The position numbers were made by a program, and so were the translations under genes. Below the pieces are notes generated by a model. It saw only the letters and a list, made by a program, of their open reading frames with translations. It searched no databases and had not been told where the DNA came from. Source: Camelus dromedarius (taxonomy: Eukaryota). From it: 64,000 nucleotides of DNA. Shown in pieces: positions 36,900-48,394 of the stretch; within the stretch, counting starts at the first letter, position 1; every line of letters starts with the position of its first letter. Location: the NCBI RefSeq assembly GCF_036321535.1, contig NC_087436.1, forward strand, positions 121,770,001 to 121,834,000, written 5' to 3'.

Positions 36900-39800
36900 T
36901 TCAGCTATTATGTCCCAAGTCCCACATGTGTCAAGAACACAACACCTGACACTGCAATGACATAACGAACAGTGTTCAGCGTCCAATGGCAAAGCTGGGA
37001 GGCAGGAAAATATGACACCAAACCTGGGGGGGGGGGCAATCAACAGAAACGGAACCCCAAATGACAGAGGTGATGCAATCAGCAGGCAAGAGCCCGAAAC
37101 TGGAGACTATAAATAAACTTCATGTTCAAGAAAGGAGAGGAAAACATAGAGATGATGCGGTGAGAAACTGAATAAGCAGCAGATGGGACTTCAAGAGTGA
37201 AATGTCTTGAAAGAAAAAATTTATACAAGATAGACTTAAGACCAGAGTATCAATAAACCCGAGGACAAGTAATGAAAAATAATCCAAAATGAAGCAGAGC
37301 AAGAAACATGACTGAAAAAAAGCAAAAAGAATTTGTAAGACAAAATCAAGATGCCTTACAGGTAACCGTGTTCGAGAAGAAGGAGGCTATATGAATACAT
37401 AGTTGAAGATTTCCCAAGCTTGATGAAACTGTAAAAGGACAGTGTAAGAGCTCACGTAATCCCAAGCACAATACATACAGAGCAAACACACCTGGCACAC
37501 AGCGCAGCGCTGAGAGCCGGTGGTGACACCACGCCTGAGGCGCAGGCAGAGGACACCACTGACAAGGGTCTGTTAAAAGGAGGGCAAAATAAAAGCTCTC
37601 AGTCGGACAACCAGAAGCTTCCCTGCGCTACAAGAAATGTCAAATAAAGGCCGTTCCTGAGACAGGAGAACGGCCCCAAATGAAGCCACGGCTGTGTTAA
37701 GGGATGAAGACTGCCACATGTGACAAAGACATACGCCAAAGACTCTGCTCATTTCCAAAACCTTTTAAAAAGATAACTACTTACAGCAAAAATAATAAAA
37801 ATCTATGGTGGAAGTTTATTATATGGGAAAAAATATGACTACATTAGCACAAAAACTGACGATACTCTGCGCACAGTGCTGTAAGGTTCTTACGCTACAT
37901 GTTCAGTATACACTAATCCGTGAAAGTAGAGGTTGAAAAATTAAAGACATATATTCTAGAATCACCAAAAATTATGAAACAAGGTGATACAGGTAAGAAA
38001 CCAAGAGGAGGTAAAAAAGGGTCATAAAAATTCAATTAATCCAATACATACAACTGAAACTAGCATAACGTTGTACATCAACTATACCTCAATTTTAAAA
38101 AGGTATCTATTACAACAAATGTTAAAGGACCTTCACTAGTCATTAAACCATAAGGAAAGAGAACAAAAAGAAGAAAGCAGAAAAAAAAAAGAGACCCACA
38201 AAAGATTGCTTTGGTTGTTCAAGGCCTTTTGTGGTTCCTTATAAATTTTGGAATTGTCTGCTCTAGTTCTGTGAGGAATGTCACGAGTATTTTGACGGAG
38301 GTAGCGCTGGATCTGTGGGTTGCTTTGGGTAGTGTGGCCATTTTGATAGTGTTGATTCTTCCAATCCAAGCGCACAAGAAATCTTTCTATTTCTTTGTGT
38401 CATTTCGGTTTGCAGAGAATAGATAACCTCCTTGGTGAAGTTTATTTCCAGGTATTTTGTTGATTTTGATGTAATAGAAATGTTTATGCAGGTTACAAAA
38501 TTCTGGCTTTTGAAGTGAAAAAAAAAAAGTGAATGAAGGGCCACAAATGGCAAAATACCCTCCCTTCTTATGGGTGAGTTGTGTTCTATTACGTGTATAT
38601 ATGCTGCATCTTCATTATCTATTCCACTATTGATGTGCACTTGGGGCGCTTCCATATCTTGGCAATCATAAATAATGTTGCTGTTAATAGCAGGGTGTAT
38701 GTATCTTTTTGAATTAACTCTTATTTTGTGGTTGGCCTTATTCCTTTGATAACTATGAAAGCTAAAGCTCTAAACGTTCTTAGAAACAATGAACAGTACA
38801 TATATGTAAGTTAAAAAATACATGTGCAGTAAAAAAAAAAAGAAAAGAAATGAGCTATCAAGCCATGAAAGACATAGAAAAAACTTAAAAGACATTACTA
38901 AATGAAAGAAGCCAGTCTGAAAAGGCTACAAACTGTACGATTCCAACCAAAGGACATTCTGGAAAACGCACAGCTACAGAAACCATAAAAAGATTGTGGT
39001 TTCCAGGGGTTTGGACAGAGGGAGGGAGGGAGGGATGAGCAGATGGGGCACAGGATTTTTAGGGCAATGAAGTTATTCTGTATGATACTACAGTGGTGGC
39101 TACATGTCATCATGCATTTGTCAAAACCCACAGAATGTACAACATCAAGAGTGAACCCTCATGTAAACTATGGACTTTGGTTGATGATAATGTGTCCATG
39201 CTGGTTCACCAATTGTGCCAAATATGCCACATTGATGAGGGATGCTGAGTGCAGGGGAGCACATATGTGTGGGTGGGGAGGGCTATGTGCAAACACTCTG
39301 TATTTTCTGCTCAATTCTGCTGTGAACCTGAAACTGCTCTAAAAAATAATAATAAAAATAAAATAAAATAGTACCTAGAAAATACTCCAAAATATTTGGA
39401 AGTGAAAAAACATACTTCTAAATAATTCATGGGTCAAAGAATAACTCATATTAAGAGCAATTAAAATATTTTGAACAGAATGAAGAATACAAGTTACCAA
39501 AATTGTGGATGCAGCTAAAGGAATGCTTAGAGAGAATTCTATGGAATTAAACACACATAACAGAAGAAGGTTTCAAATCAATGATACAAACTTCTACCCT
39601 AAAAAAACCAAAAGAATAATAAATTAAGTGTAAAGAAAGAAGTAGTAAACCTAACAACAGAAATTAATGAAATAGAAAATGGAAAGTCAAGGAAGGCAAA
39701 ATGTGGTTCTTTGAAAAGAACCAACAACAACAAAAAGATAAACCTCTAGCCAGGTTATCGGGGGGAAAAAAAGAGACAGAAACAAAACTAAAGCAACCTA

Positions 39801-42330
39801 TAATAGGAATGAAAGCCACACAATCATTACAGAGCCTACAAAAATTAAAGACAAGGGAATATTCTGAACAACTTCATGCCACTACATTCGACATAAAATG
39901 GGCAAATTTCTCCCCACCCCAGTTTAACTGAGATATAATTGACACACAGCACTGTGTACATTTAGAATGTACAGCATAATGACTTACATGTATTGTGAAG
40001 TGATTATGCAACTTCTTTAAACACAAAAATTAACAAGTCTCACTCATGAAGTGAGACCACTGCTACCAAGTGCATTGGACGCATAGTTCAAAACCTTCCC
40101 AATATTGCCAACTCCAGGTCAAGACAGCTTCACTCATGAATTCTACCAAACTTTTAAGGTAGAAATAATAACAATTCTACCCAAACTCCTTCAGAAAATT
40201 AAAGAAGGGAGAATACTTCCTAGTTCATTCTAAAAGGTACTCATTACCCTGATACCAAATCCACAAAAGATATTGTCAGATAAGAAACTTAACAGACTAA
40301 TACTCTTCATGAACACAGAGTAATAGTTCTTACAAAGCATTAGCAAATCCAATGCAGCAAAACCTACAGAAAAGAGAATGCATCACAATCAAGTGCGGAT
40401 CATCCCAGGAATGCAAAAGCCACTCCACAATTCAGGAATCACTATAATTAATTTTATTAACAAACTAAAAAAGAACTCTATGATCATCTCAATAGATGTA
40501 CTAGAATTTGACAAAATTAAATATCCATTCACAATAACTCTCAGCAAACTGAAAACAGAAGTAAACTTCTTCAGTCTGGTCTCTAAAATCCTACACCCAA
40601 CATTACACTTAATTGTGAAAGACTAAATGCTTTCCCCCAAGACTGGGAACGGGGAAGGACATCTGCTCACATCACTTCTTTTCATGAGGGCTCCAGCCAA
40701 CGGAATAAAGCAAGGAAAAAAAAAAAAAAAAGAAAAAGAAAGAAATATAGAGTGGAAAGGAAAAACTGCACTATTTATAGATGATGTGATCAACGACACA
40801 GAAAACCCTAAGGAGTCTACCACAGACCATTAAAATTAGTAAGTGAGTCTTCACAGGATACAGAAAACAACTGCATTTCTATACACTAGCAATAAACAAT
40901 TGGATACTGAAATTTTTTAAGTACCATTTAAAATAGCAAGGAAAATTGTGAAATATTTTGGAAATTCTTCAATACACTTTGTGCAAAGGCCATACATTGA
41001 AGTCTACAAACTATTCTAAGAATAAAGTTAAAAACTAAATAAATGAAAATTCATCCCACATCCATGGACTGGGAGACTCTCCCCAGACTGGTCTATAGTG
41101 CAGGGTGGGCTTTTCTACAGAAACTGGCGAGATGATTCGAAACTCTACGGGGGAATGCAGAGGACCTAGAATAGCCAAAGCATTTTTTTTAAAAGAACAC
41201 AGCTCGAGGACTTCTACTACCGAATTTCATTAATTTACTATAGAAAGCTTCAGGAGTCAAGGCAGCACAGTACTGGCAAAAGCATGGGTATGTATGCAGA
41301 GTGGAGGTCCAAAAGTAGACCCACACACAGAGCCAACTGACTCCTGACAAAGACGCCACAATGTTTCAACCAGGAAAAATCGCATTTTCAACAGACAGTT
41401 CTGCGACAACTGGATACCCGTGTGCAAAAAGGGTAAACATCAACCCTCGCCTCACAACAGACACAGAACTTCTCTCAAAATGGATCACAGATCAAATGTG
41501 CAAGCACAACCTATAAGACATCTAGAAAAAACACAGGGCAAAAAATCTTTACAAACCTCAGGTAGCAAAGATTTCTCATAGAGAACACAAAAAGTCCAAA
41601 TCATTTAAAAATTGATGAGCTGGACTTGATCAAAACTTAAAATTTTTGAGCTTCAAAAAACAGTGTTGTATAATGAAAAGGCAAACCACACACTGGGAGA
41701 AAATGTCTGAGAAACACACCTGACAAAAAGGCTTGTATTCGGGATATATAAAGCTCTCTCACAGCTCAACAGTAAGACAAACAGGCAAGAGGTCTCAACA
41801 GCCGCTTCACCGAAGAGATGCAGATAGATGCTCAACAGCTCATTAAGAAAATGAAAATGCAAGTTAAAAGCACAATGAAGTAACACCAGAGGCCACTAGA
41901 ATGGCTAGAATTAAAGATTATCCCCATCCAGCCTTGGTGAGGATGCAGATTCCAAGGGGGACTCTCACACAGGGCCAGAAAACTGTAAGCATTTTGGAAA
42001 ACAGCACGATAGCTCCTCATAATGTTAATCTTACACTTATCCCATAACCCAGCAATTCCAATCCTAGGTATTTATCAAGGAGAAATGAACTCTGTCCACA
42101 CAAAGACTTGTCCTCAAATGTTCACAGCAGCTTTATTGGTAACAGCCCAAACCAGGAAACACTAATGTATCTCTATTCATGAATGAAGAAACAAGTCATG
42201 GTTCACCCACAGAGCGGAACACCACTCAGAAATAGTTCCCTGATACACGCAACAACACGGGTCAATCTCAACGGCATTACGCTAAGCCAAAAAAGGCAAA
42301 GGCTACCATTCAGATCACCCTTCCATGAGG
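36900..42330 (+). mobile_element. Composite LINE-1 cluster: old L1 ORF1/ORF2 with nested younger L1 pieces, including an L1MC-like 3' end at about 38845-39345
   Basis: Track ORFs MWFFEKN...DKPLARL, MHHNQVRIIPGMQ...SMIISID...FDKIKYPF and ALFIDDVINDTENPKEST. Minus-strand L1 pieces at about 38203-38720 and about 39920-40010. Boundaries approximate. Confidence 0.85.
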
Positions 42331-45099
42331 TTTGACTCAAGTTCTGTCCTCTGAACCTGACAATCTGAGGCAGCAGCGACATCAGCACAACCACTCTCAG
42401 AAAGTTCGCCACAAAGGAATTTTATATGCTCGTATTATGAACCTAGACCCAACAGGGCAAATTTGGAGATAAGGACAACTACTAGTAAACTCTTTAAACG
42501 GTCGGTTTAAATTGGAACTACATGCCTTGATTAGACCTCTGGTCATGGTAACTGTTAGAGAACCTGGCTCCTTAGCGTAAAATGCGAGACTTACATTTTA
42601 ATAAGAGACAGGAGAACAGACACAAATGCTAATGTCCACAAGCAAAACAGAGCCTTTAAAATAGTCAACAGTCTTCCTTGTGACCGGATGCCTGAGTGCT
42701 ACAAAGACCGCTTTAAAGAAAAGATAATTCTCCAAAGTACCATCTCCCCCACCCCACCATGCAAGACTTAAAACTATTTTTGTTACATAAATATACACAA
42801 ATGTAAAATGCAGTGTAATTTATGCTTTTTAAGCTCTTTTATAACTATAAAAACCCAAGTTGGTCTATAACTTAAATATAAAAACCCATGAAAATCATTA
42901 AAATTGAAGTTAACATTATTATTTAAAAGATACAGACGGATGATTAGCTGAAACCAAACTGCTAAACTCAACACAGACCTTGTTTTGACAACTGAAGTGC
43001 AGGCAGGCTCTTTGAGTTAAGCTTGAACACCATGCATCTCTGCAAAACGTCTCAACCATTTCGCCTACTTGCCTGTGTGAATTTCTCCTGCACAGAGCAG
43101 GCCATGCCTTTGACGGCTCTTTGCTTGATTTCAGCACAGGATGTAAGTATTAAGACAACCTCTGCTCTTTCCTCAGAAGCCTTGGCAAGTAGTGCAGCCA
43201 GGCCTACCAGGTCACAGACATCGGAAGCACGGCTCTCCGAATGATCTGAACATGCCTTCCCCCATTATCAGAATACAAACAAAAAGTGCTTTAACTGTCA
43301 GAGAATTCACAGGTCCCGAACACACACACACAGCCCCAAAGTGTGAACTCTAGTGCGGGATGAGCACTGTAGACAGTCTGAAGTCTGGAAACACTCAAAG
43401 GCAGGGCCATTCCTTCATTCAAAACCACTCCCCAGAGGTGCCTGCTCTGTGCCTGGCCTGCATAGACACCCTGAGATGAGTGAGACAGGGCCAGGGCAAA
43501 GTGGTTGCAGCAGAAGTTCAGGATGGAGTGGGTGGGGGTGGGGGAGTGGCAATGAGGGCTTGGGTGCCGGCTTCCACCTTCTCCCTCAAGTGGGAAGGTC
43601 AGGCGCTGAGCCGAGCAAGCCGAGGGGGCATGGGGAGCTTGGGAAGAGAGGAGGAGGAGAGGCTCGCTCTACCTCGGGTGTAGGAACCAAGCCATGCAGA
43701 TGCTACGAGCCCTTCCGTGGCCTGGCACCACCACCTGGGGAAGCGCTGTGCTGGGCGGCGGTTTCTCCAGAAATGCCCTGCGCGTGCGCACGTGTGTGTG
43801 CACGTGCGTGTGCCCGCTGAACCAGGCTCCCATCAGAGAAGTCGGGCGGCTTTGCGAGAGAGAGGGCAGAGCTGAGCCGCGGAACCTGGCTGACCCAGGA
43901 GAAAGCTGAGGCCAGAGGGACCAAATGGGGGGAAGGGATGGGAGGGGTCCGACAACCTGGCAGTGGAGGACAGTCAGGCAAGTGACCTTGGAGACACAGT
44001 CAAGTGGAATGTCTGAAACATGCCTGGGCACGACAAGGTCTAGGGATAAAAGAAACTGACAACATGGAACCGAGAGGTGGTGTCCAGAGAAAGGTCTACC
44101 GTGACCCCGGACAACAGGGCGCTTGTTAAGAAGGGAGCAGTCCAGTTCCACACCTGCTTCCAGTGGCTCAGAGCTCTCCCCCCGACGATGAGAAACAGCC
44201 TGCAGACCAGAGAGCTCGCGTGACCAGCTGGGCCGGACAGCGCAGTGAGCTCTCTGAGGACGAGGCACGCGTCGCTGGCTCACCTCCGGCTGAGGAAGGA
44301 AGGACAGACGGACGGATGGACAGCAGGCCAGAGAAAACAGCTCAGCCTGTAAGGAGTCTGCAAAGGCTGAGTGTGGCCAGTGGGACCGGCCCAGCTTGGC
44401 CCTCCTCTAGGAGCAAGGAGAAGCCTTCACTGCTAGGGTGGTGGGTGCCCCCACCTGGGGCCCAGGCCTGACCTACTGAGAAAAGGGGCCTAAACCCCTC
44501 ACCTAGGAGAAAGGCCCAGACCCACACAAGCACAGGTCACGACCAAGACCCCTAGATGTACAGGCAGAACCTGGCTGCTTCGGGACAGGCGGGACTACCA
44601 GGAAAGCTGCACCTCACACCCCGGGCACAGGACTGCCCAAGATTCAGGCTGGATGAGCGAATGGAGAAAGCGCCACGTGGGAGGCTGTGCCCGCCACCAC
44701 ACAAAGGGGGCAGAGTGTGGAGAGACCCCTCCGGCCCACACGAGCACCAGGAGCAGTGCCTGGCACCACCGAGATCAAAGTCAGGCCAGCTCCAGTGCTG
44801 ACCAGATGGACTGAGCTCACGGGCACACACAAGGCACTGCTCCTGAGTGCACACATCGGCCTCAGCCCCATGGTCGCCATGGTCTCCACATGCACTGTCG
44901 GGCCCTGCACCACATGGCGGGAGGAAACAAACCCAAGAGCCAACAACACTTAAGGAAGAAGTGACACCAACACAACACAAACTCTTCCAGAAAAGAGGAG
45001 GAGCAGGAACACATCTCAACTCATCTTACGAGGCCCTGAAAGATGTCAAGGACAAGACTTAAAGGAGCTTCATGAGCAAAGACACAGCCCTTAACCAAA

Positions 45100-45750
45100 C
45101 GTGAGCAAATCACTCCACCAACACGTAAAAAGAGTGTCCACAGAAACACTTGAACAAGAGTGCTCACAATGGCTCGACGCAGAACAGTCCAAATCTGGAA
45201 CAAGACCAATGCTGATCAATGGTGCAGGATACACAAACCGTGGTACATCTCTACAATTCATTCCACAACAAAAAGGAACACACTACAGGTGCACAGCTCT
45301 CAAAGCATTATGCCAAGGTAAAGAAGTCTGCATAACACTCTGGGAAAAGCAAATCCGTGGGGACTAAAATCTTGTCAGTAGTTATGAGGGGCTGGGAAGT
45401 AGGGAAGGGTTGTCCACCAAGGGGAACAAGGGAACTCGGGGGTGGGGGGTGTTCCATATCTTAACTGCGGTGGTGGCGGTCACACAGCTGTACAGACTTG
45501 TCAAAACTCACTGAATTACATAGACTTAAAAAATATACATATCTTATTAATTGGTTGGTTGTTTTTGTTTTGGGGGGAGAGGTAATCCGGTTTGTTTGTT
45601 TGCTTGTTTACAGAGGACGTACTGGGGATTAAACGCAAGACCCCACGCATGCTACGTACACACTCAACCGCTGAGCTGTGCCCTCCCCTCTACATAGACT
45701 TTTAAGTGGGTGAATTTCACTAAATGTAAGTTACATTTTATTTTTTAAAG
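45100..45750 (+). mobile_element. Old L1 3' UTR fragment interrupted by a SINE
   Basis: L1 3'-type motifs such as aaaccgtggtacatct, ttgtcaaaactcactgaatt and gggtgaatttcactaaatgtaagttaca. Confidence 0.6.
45528..45690 (-). mobile_element. tRNA-derived SINE (camelid type)
   Basis: Reverse complement reads ggggagggcacagctcagcggttgag...gtttaatccccagtac. Perfect 11-bp TSD tacatagactt at 45517-45527 and 45691-45701. Confidence 0.88.
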
Positions 45751-45864
45751 AAGGCCAGCAACTGTAACCAGCTTGAACAAAGAGGCCGACTGTAAAAAAG
45801 TAACAGAAGGTCTAAGTCTACAAACATAGGGCAGCACTACACCTCTGTGGTCCCTGACATCACT

Positions 45865-45986
45865 CTTTCTTTGTTTTTGAGGGGGGAGGTAATTAGGTTT
45901 ATTTATTTAATGGAGGTACCGGGGATTGAACCCAGGGCCACATGGATGCTAAGTACACACTCTTCTACTGTGCTATTCCCCACCCC
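45865..45986 (-). mobile_element. tRNA-derived SINE (camelid type)
   Basis: Reverse complement reads ...cttagcatccatgtggccctgggttcaatccccggtacctccattaaataaataaacctaattacc. Flanking direct repeat catcact at 45858-45864 and 45987-45993. Confidence 0.88.
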
Positions 45987-46336
45987 CATCACTTGTTTGA
46001 TGAGGAGAGAATTCTCATTTGTTGATCCATCATACGGGACAGACTGGGAGTCAGGAAATGGGACTCCTCTTGTGGCAAGCGCTGACAATGGGGAATTACA
46101 GGCAGTTTCAGTTGCCTCCAAGACTAGGATGAACAATAGCAACTCTCTTCCCAAAGGCACAGTCAGGCTGAGACACAAGAGCAGGGATGGAAATACGAAG
46201 AAAACACAGTACAGTTCAGGAAGCAAAGAGAATGTGTGAGCCAGCGGGGAGACTTAAGAATGCTGACGGGAAGTGAACAGGGAACAAACTAGTGTCAGTG
46301 ATACTGAACAGCCTTCCACTAATAACTGGAAAAAAG

Positions 46337-46911
46337 GTGCAGCCACTATGGAAAACAGTATGGAGATTCCTTAAAAAACTGAACAAAGACTTACCCCATA
46401 AGCCAGCAATCCCACTCCTGGGCATATATCTGGAGGAAACTATTAATTCGGAAAGATACGTGCACCCCAATGTTCACAGCAGCACTATTTACAACAGCCA
46501 AGACATGGAAACAACCTAAATGTCCATCAACAGACGACTGGATAAAGAACAGACAGACAGACAGACACACACACCCCCCGAATATTACTCAGCTATAAAA
46601 AAGAATGAAACAATGCCATCTGCAACAACATGGATGGACCTAGAGATGATCATACTAAGTGAAATCAGACACAGAAAGACAAACATCATATGGTATCACT
46701 TACATGCAGAATCTAAAAAAATGACACAAATGAACTTATCAACAAAAGAGAAACAGGCTCACAGACACAGAAAACAATCTTATGGTTACCAGAGGGGAAA
46801 TGGGATGGGGAGGGATACACTGGGAGTTCGGGATTTACAAATACTGTTATATACAAAATAGATAAACAACAAGGTTCTGCCGTATAGCACAGGGAACTAT
46901 ATTTTAAAAAA
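46337..46911 (+). mobile_element. Cetartiodactyl/camelid-type L1 3' end
   Basis: ORF2 C-terminal remnants [15 protein letters not shown]...PAIPLLGIY and EYYSAIKKNETMPSATTWMDLEMIILSEI. TSD tggaaaaaag at 46327-46336 and 46912-46921. Confidence 0.9.
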
Positions 46912-47369
46912 TGGAAAAAAGACTCAATACTTTAAGTGGACACAGAAAGGAAACAAAAGTAGAATAACAAAATGGTAAGAGCTACAAGGACCCGAGGGTG
47001 AGAAGACTTAATCGACTATGCTACCTGCGTGGTCCCTAATGAGGGGATTCCAAATCCACCCATTTCTTTGTTCACTCATTCATTCATTCATTCGTTCACA
47101 TATTTGGAGTACCTAAAATATACCAGGCTAAGCGCTGTTCTTGGTAAGAAAACACAAAAATGGCTGCCCTCCTGGAGTGTATATTTCAGCGAAGTAAAAA
47201 GACAAAGTGAGTAAGTAAAACACACAGAGCAGCGAAAAGAAGTGCCGCAGAGGGGACAGAGCAGGAGAGGGAGGCTCACGGAAAGACGCTGCGAGAGAAG
47301 TCGTCTTCTGTGCTGAGAAACAACGAGGTTCTGAGGTTTAGAGCTTTAATGAAGGCACTACTATACAAA

Positions 47370-47995
47370 CTGGCACGTGAGCTGGGGTGCTGCCTTCAAG
47401 GGAAGCCTAAAACAGAAGCCACTGGCTTAGCGGCAGGCAGCAAGGAGACAGCTGAGACCCAGGAAGGCGAGGAGACTCATGCCGAGGAGCAGCACACTGC
47501 CACAGCTCCAGGTCAGGAGAGAGAGTGTGGAGGTGGAGGCTGCTGGCAGCGGCCGCGCGTGGCCAGGTGTTCAGAGAAAGACAACAGCTCAGGAAACAGC
47601 CAGCTGCGTGCAAGCAGAAATGGAAGGAATAGAAAAGCCCTAGACTGTGGGGCCTCAAATGGCTGCAAAAGTCAACTCCTTCTAGAACCCAAACAGCAGG
47701 TTTGAAAGCCCTTTCACAAGTAGGGCTGACTAAGACACAGTCTGGGCCAAAGACCAGATGAAGAGTGTGGTCTTCCCATGTAAGCCTGCTGGTCTCAAGA
47801 CAGCTTAATTCAGCTGAGGCAAGAAATCAAGGGGAAAAGGGCTGACCTGGGCGTGAGAACTGCATCTGAGAAAGAATTACGAGTGAGTTACCAGCACACG
47901 GAACTGCCTACAGCAAAACACATGAAAAGCCTCCTAGCTTTTCAACAAACTACATCCACAAAGAAATCCTGAGACCAGACTGAAAAAGCCAAAAC
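47370..47995 (+). mobile_element. Probable ERVL-MaLR (MLT1-type) internal fragment
   Basis: Resembles MLT1-int motifs as I recall them: ggggtgctgcc...cctaaaa..., gcacacggaactg..., aagcctcctagcttttc...ccacaaagaaatcctgagaccagactgaaaaagcc. Confidence 0.45.
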
Positions 47996-48148
47996 CTACC
48001 CTTTGGGCCCCCGAAGCTTGCTCACCAAGGAGGGCAGGCCCCAGCAGGCGGAGCAAGGGAACAGAAGATGGTGCAGGAGGGAGTTCCTTCCAGAAAGCAG
48101 ACTCAAGCTAACTGTCTCACTGCCAGATGAGTCCCGCAACCCACTCAC

Positions 48149-48394
48149 CGCTGGCTGGTCCAGGCTGCCGTGCCGCTCCTCCCTCTCCACAGTCCGCCGG
48201 CAGTCCGGGCACACCCACAGCGGCAGGTGCAGCACGCTGTTGCCCTTGGGAGCCATGGAAAGGGCCAATTTGCTCGCAGCCTTGAGCCCACTCTCCGAGA
48301 AGGCAGAGTCTTTCCGTTCGCTTCTGCACAGAAGACAATAGTCCCCAGCAGGGTAGGGTGGTGTTCTATGATTCATGCCAAAATTAAAAGGAGT
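48149..48394 (-). CDS. FAM193A: FAM193A coding exon A (246 nt, phase 0-0): TPFNFGMNHRTPPYPAGDYCLLC...CPDCRRTVEREERHGSLDQPA
   Basis: Acceptor ttttttttttttctgttccag|ACT, donor GCG|gtgagt. Overlaps track ORF 47996..48376. Confidence 0.93.

Larger units (their letters stand above)
1288..48394 (-). other. FAM193A: FAM193A gene, partial: 12 internal coding exons, 2100 nt / 700 codons; 5' and 3' ends lie outside the window
   Basis: Exon lengths 246+158+168+235+125+148+78+113+243+154+180+252 = 2100 nt join with consistent phases and no stop. Peptides such as MNHRTPPYPAGDYCLLCRSERKD, LCERDPYQLYQRLEQQAREYVLEMKVRLLRQLS and HPALHLYPHIHGHVPLH match FAM193A as I recall it. Confidence 0.95.

Noticed and set aside
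36900..42330. Intact or active LINE-1
   Set aside because: All L1 copies in the window are fragmented, with many stops and frameshifts; no ORF approaches ORF1 or ORF2 length.
48374..48376. ATG of MNHRTPP as the definitive start codon
   Set aside because: The frame is open back to a strong splice acceptor 18 nt upstream (TPFNFG), so this is an internal exon. The first exon and promoter are outside the window, although use of this ATG in some isoforms cannot be excluded.
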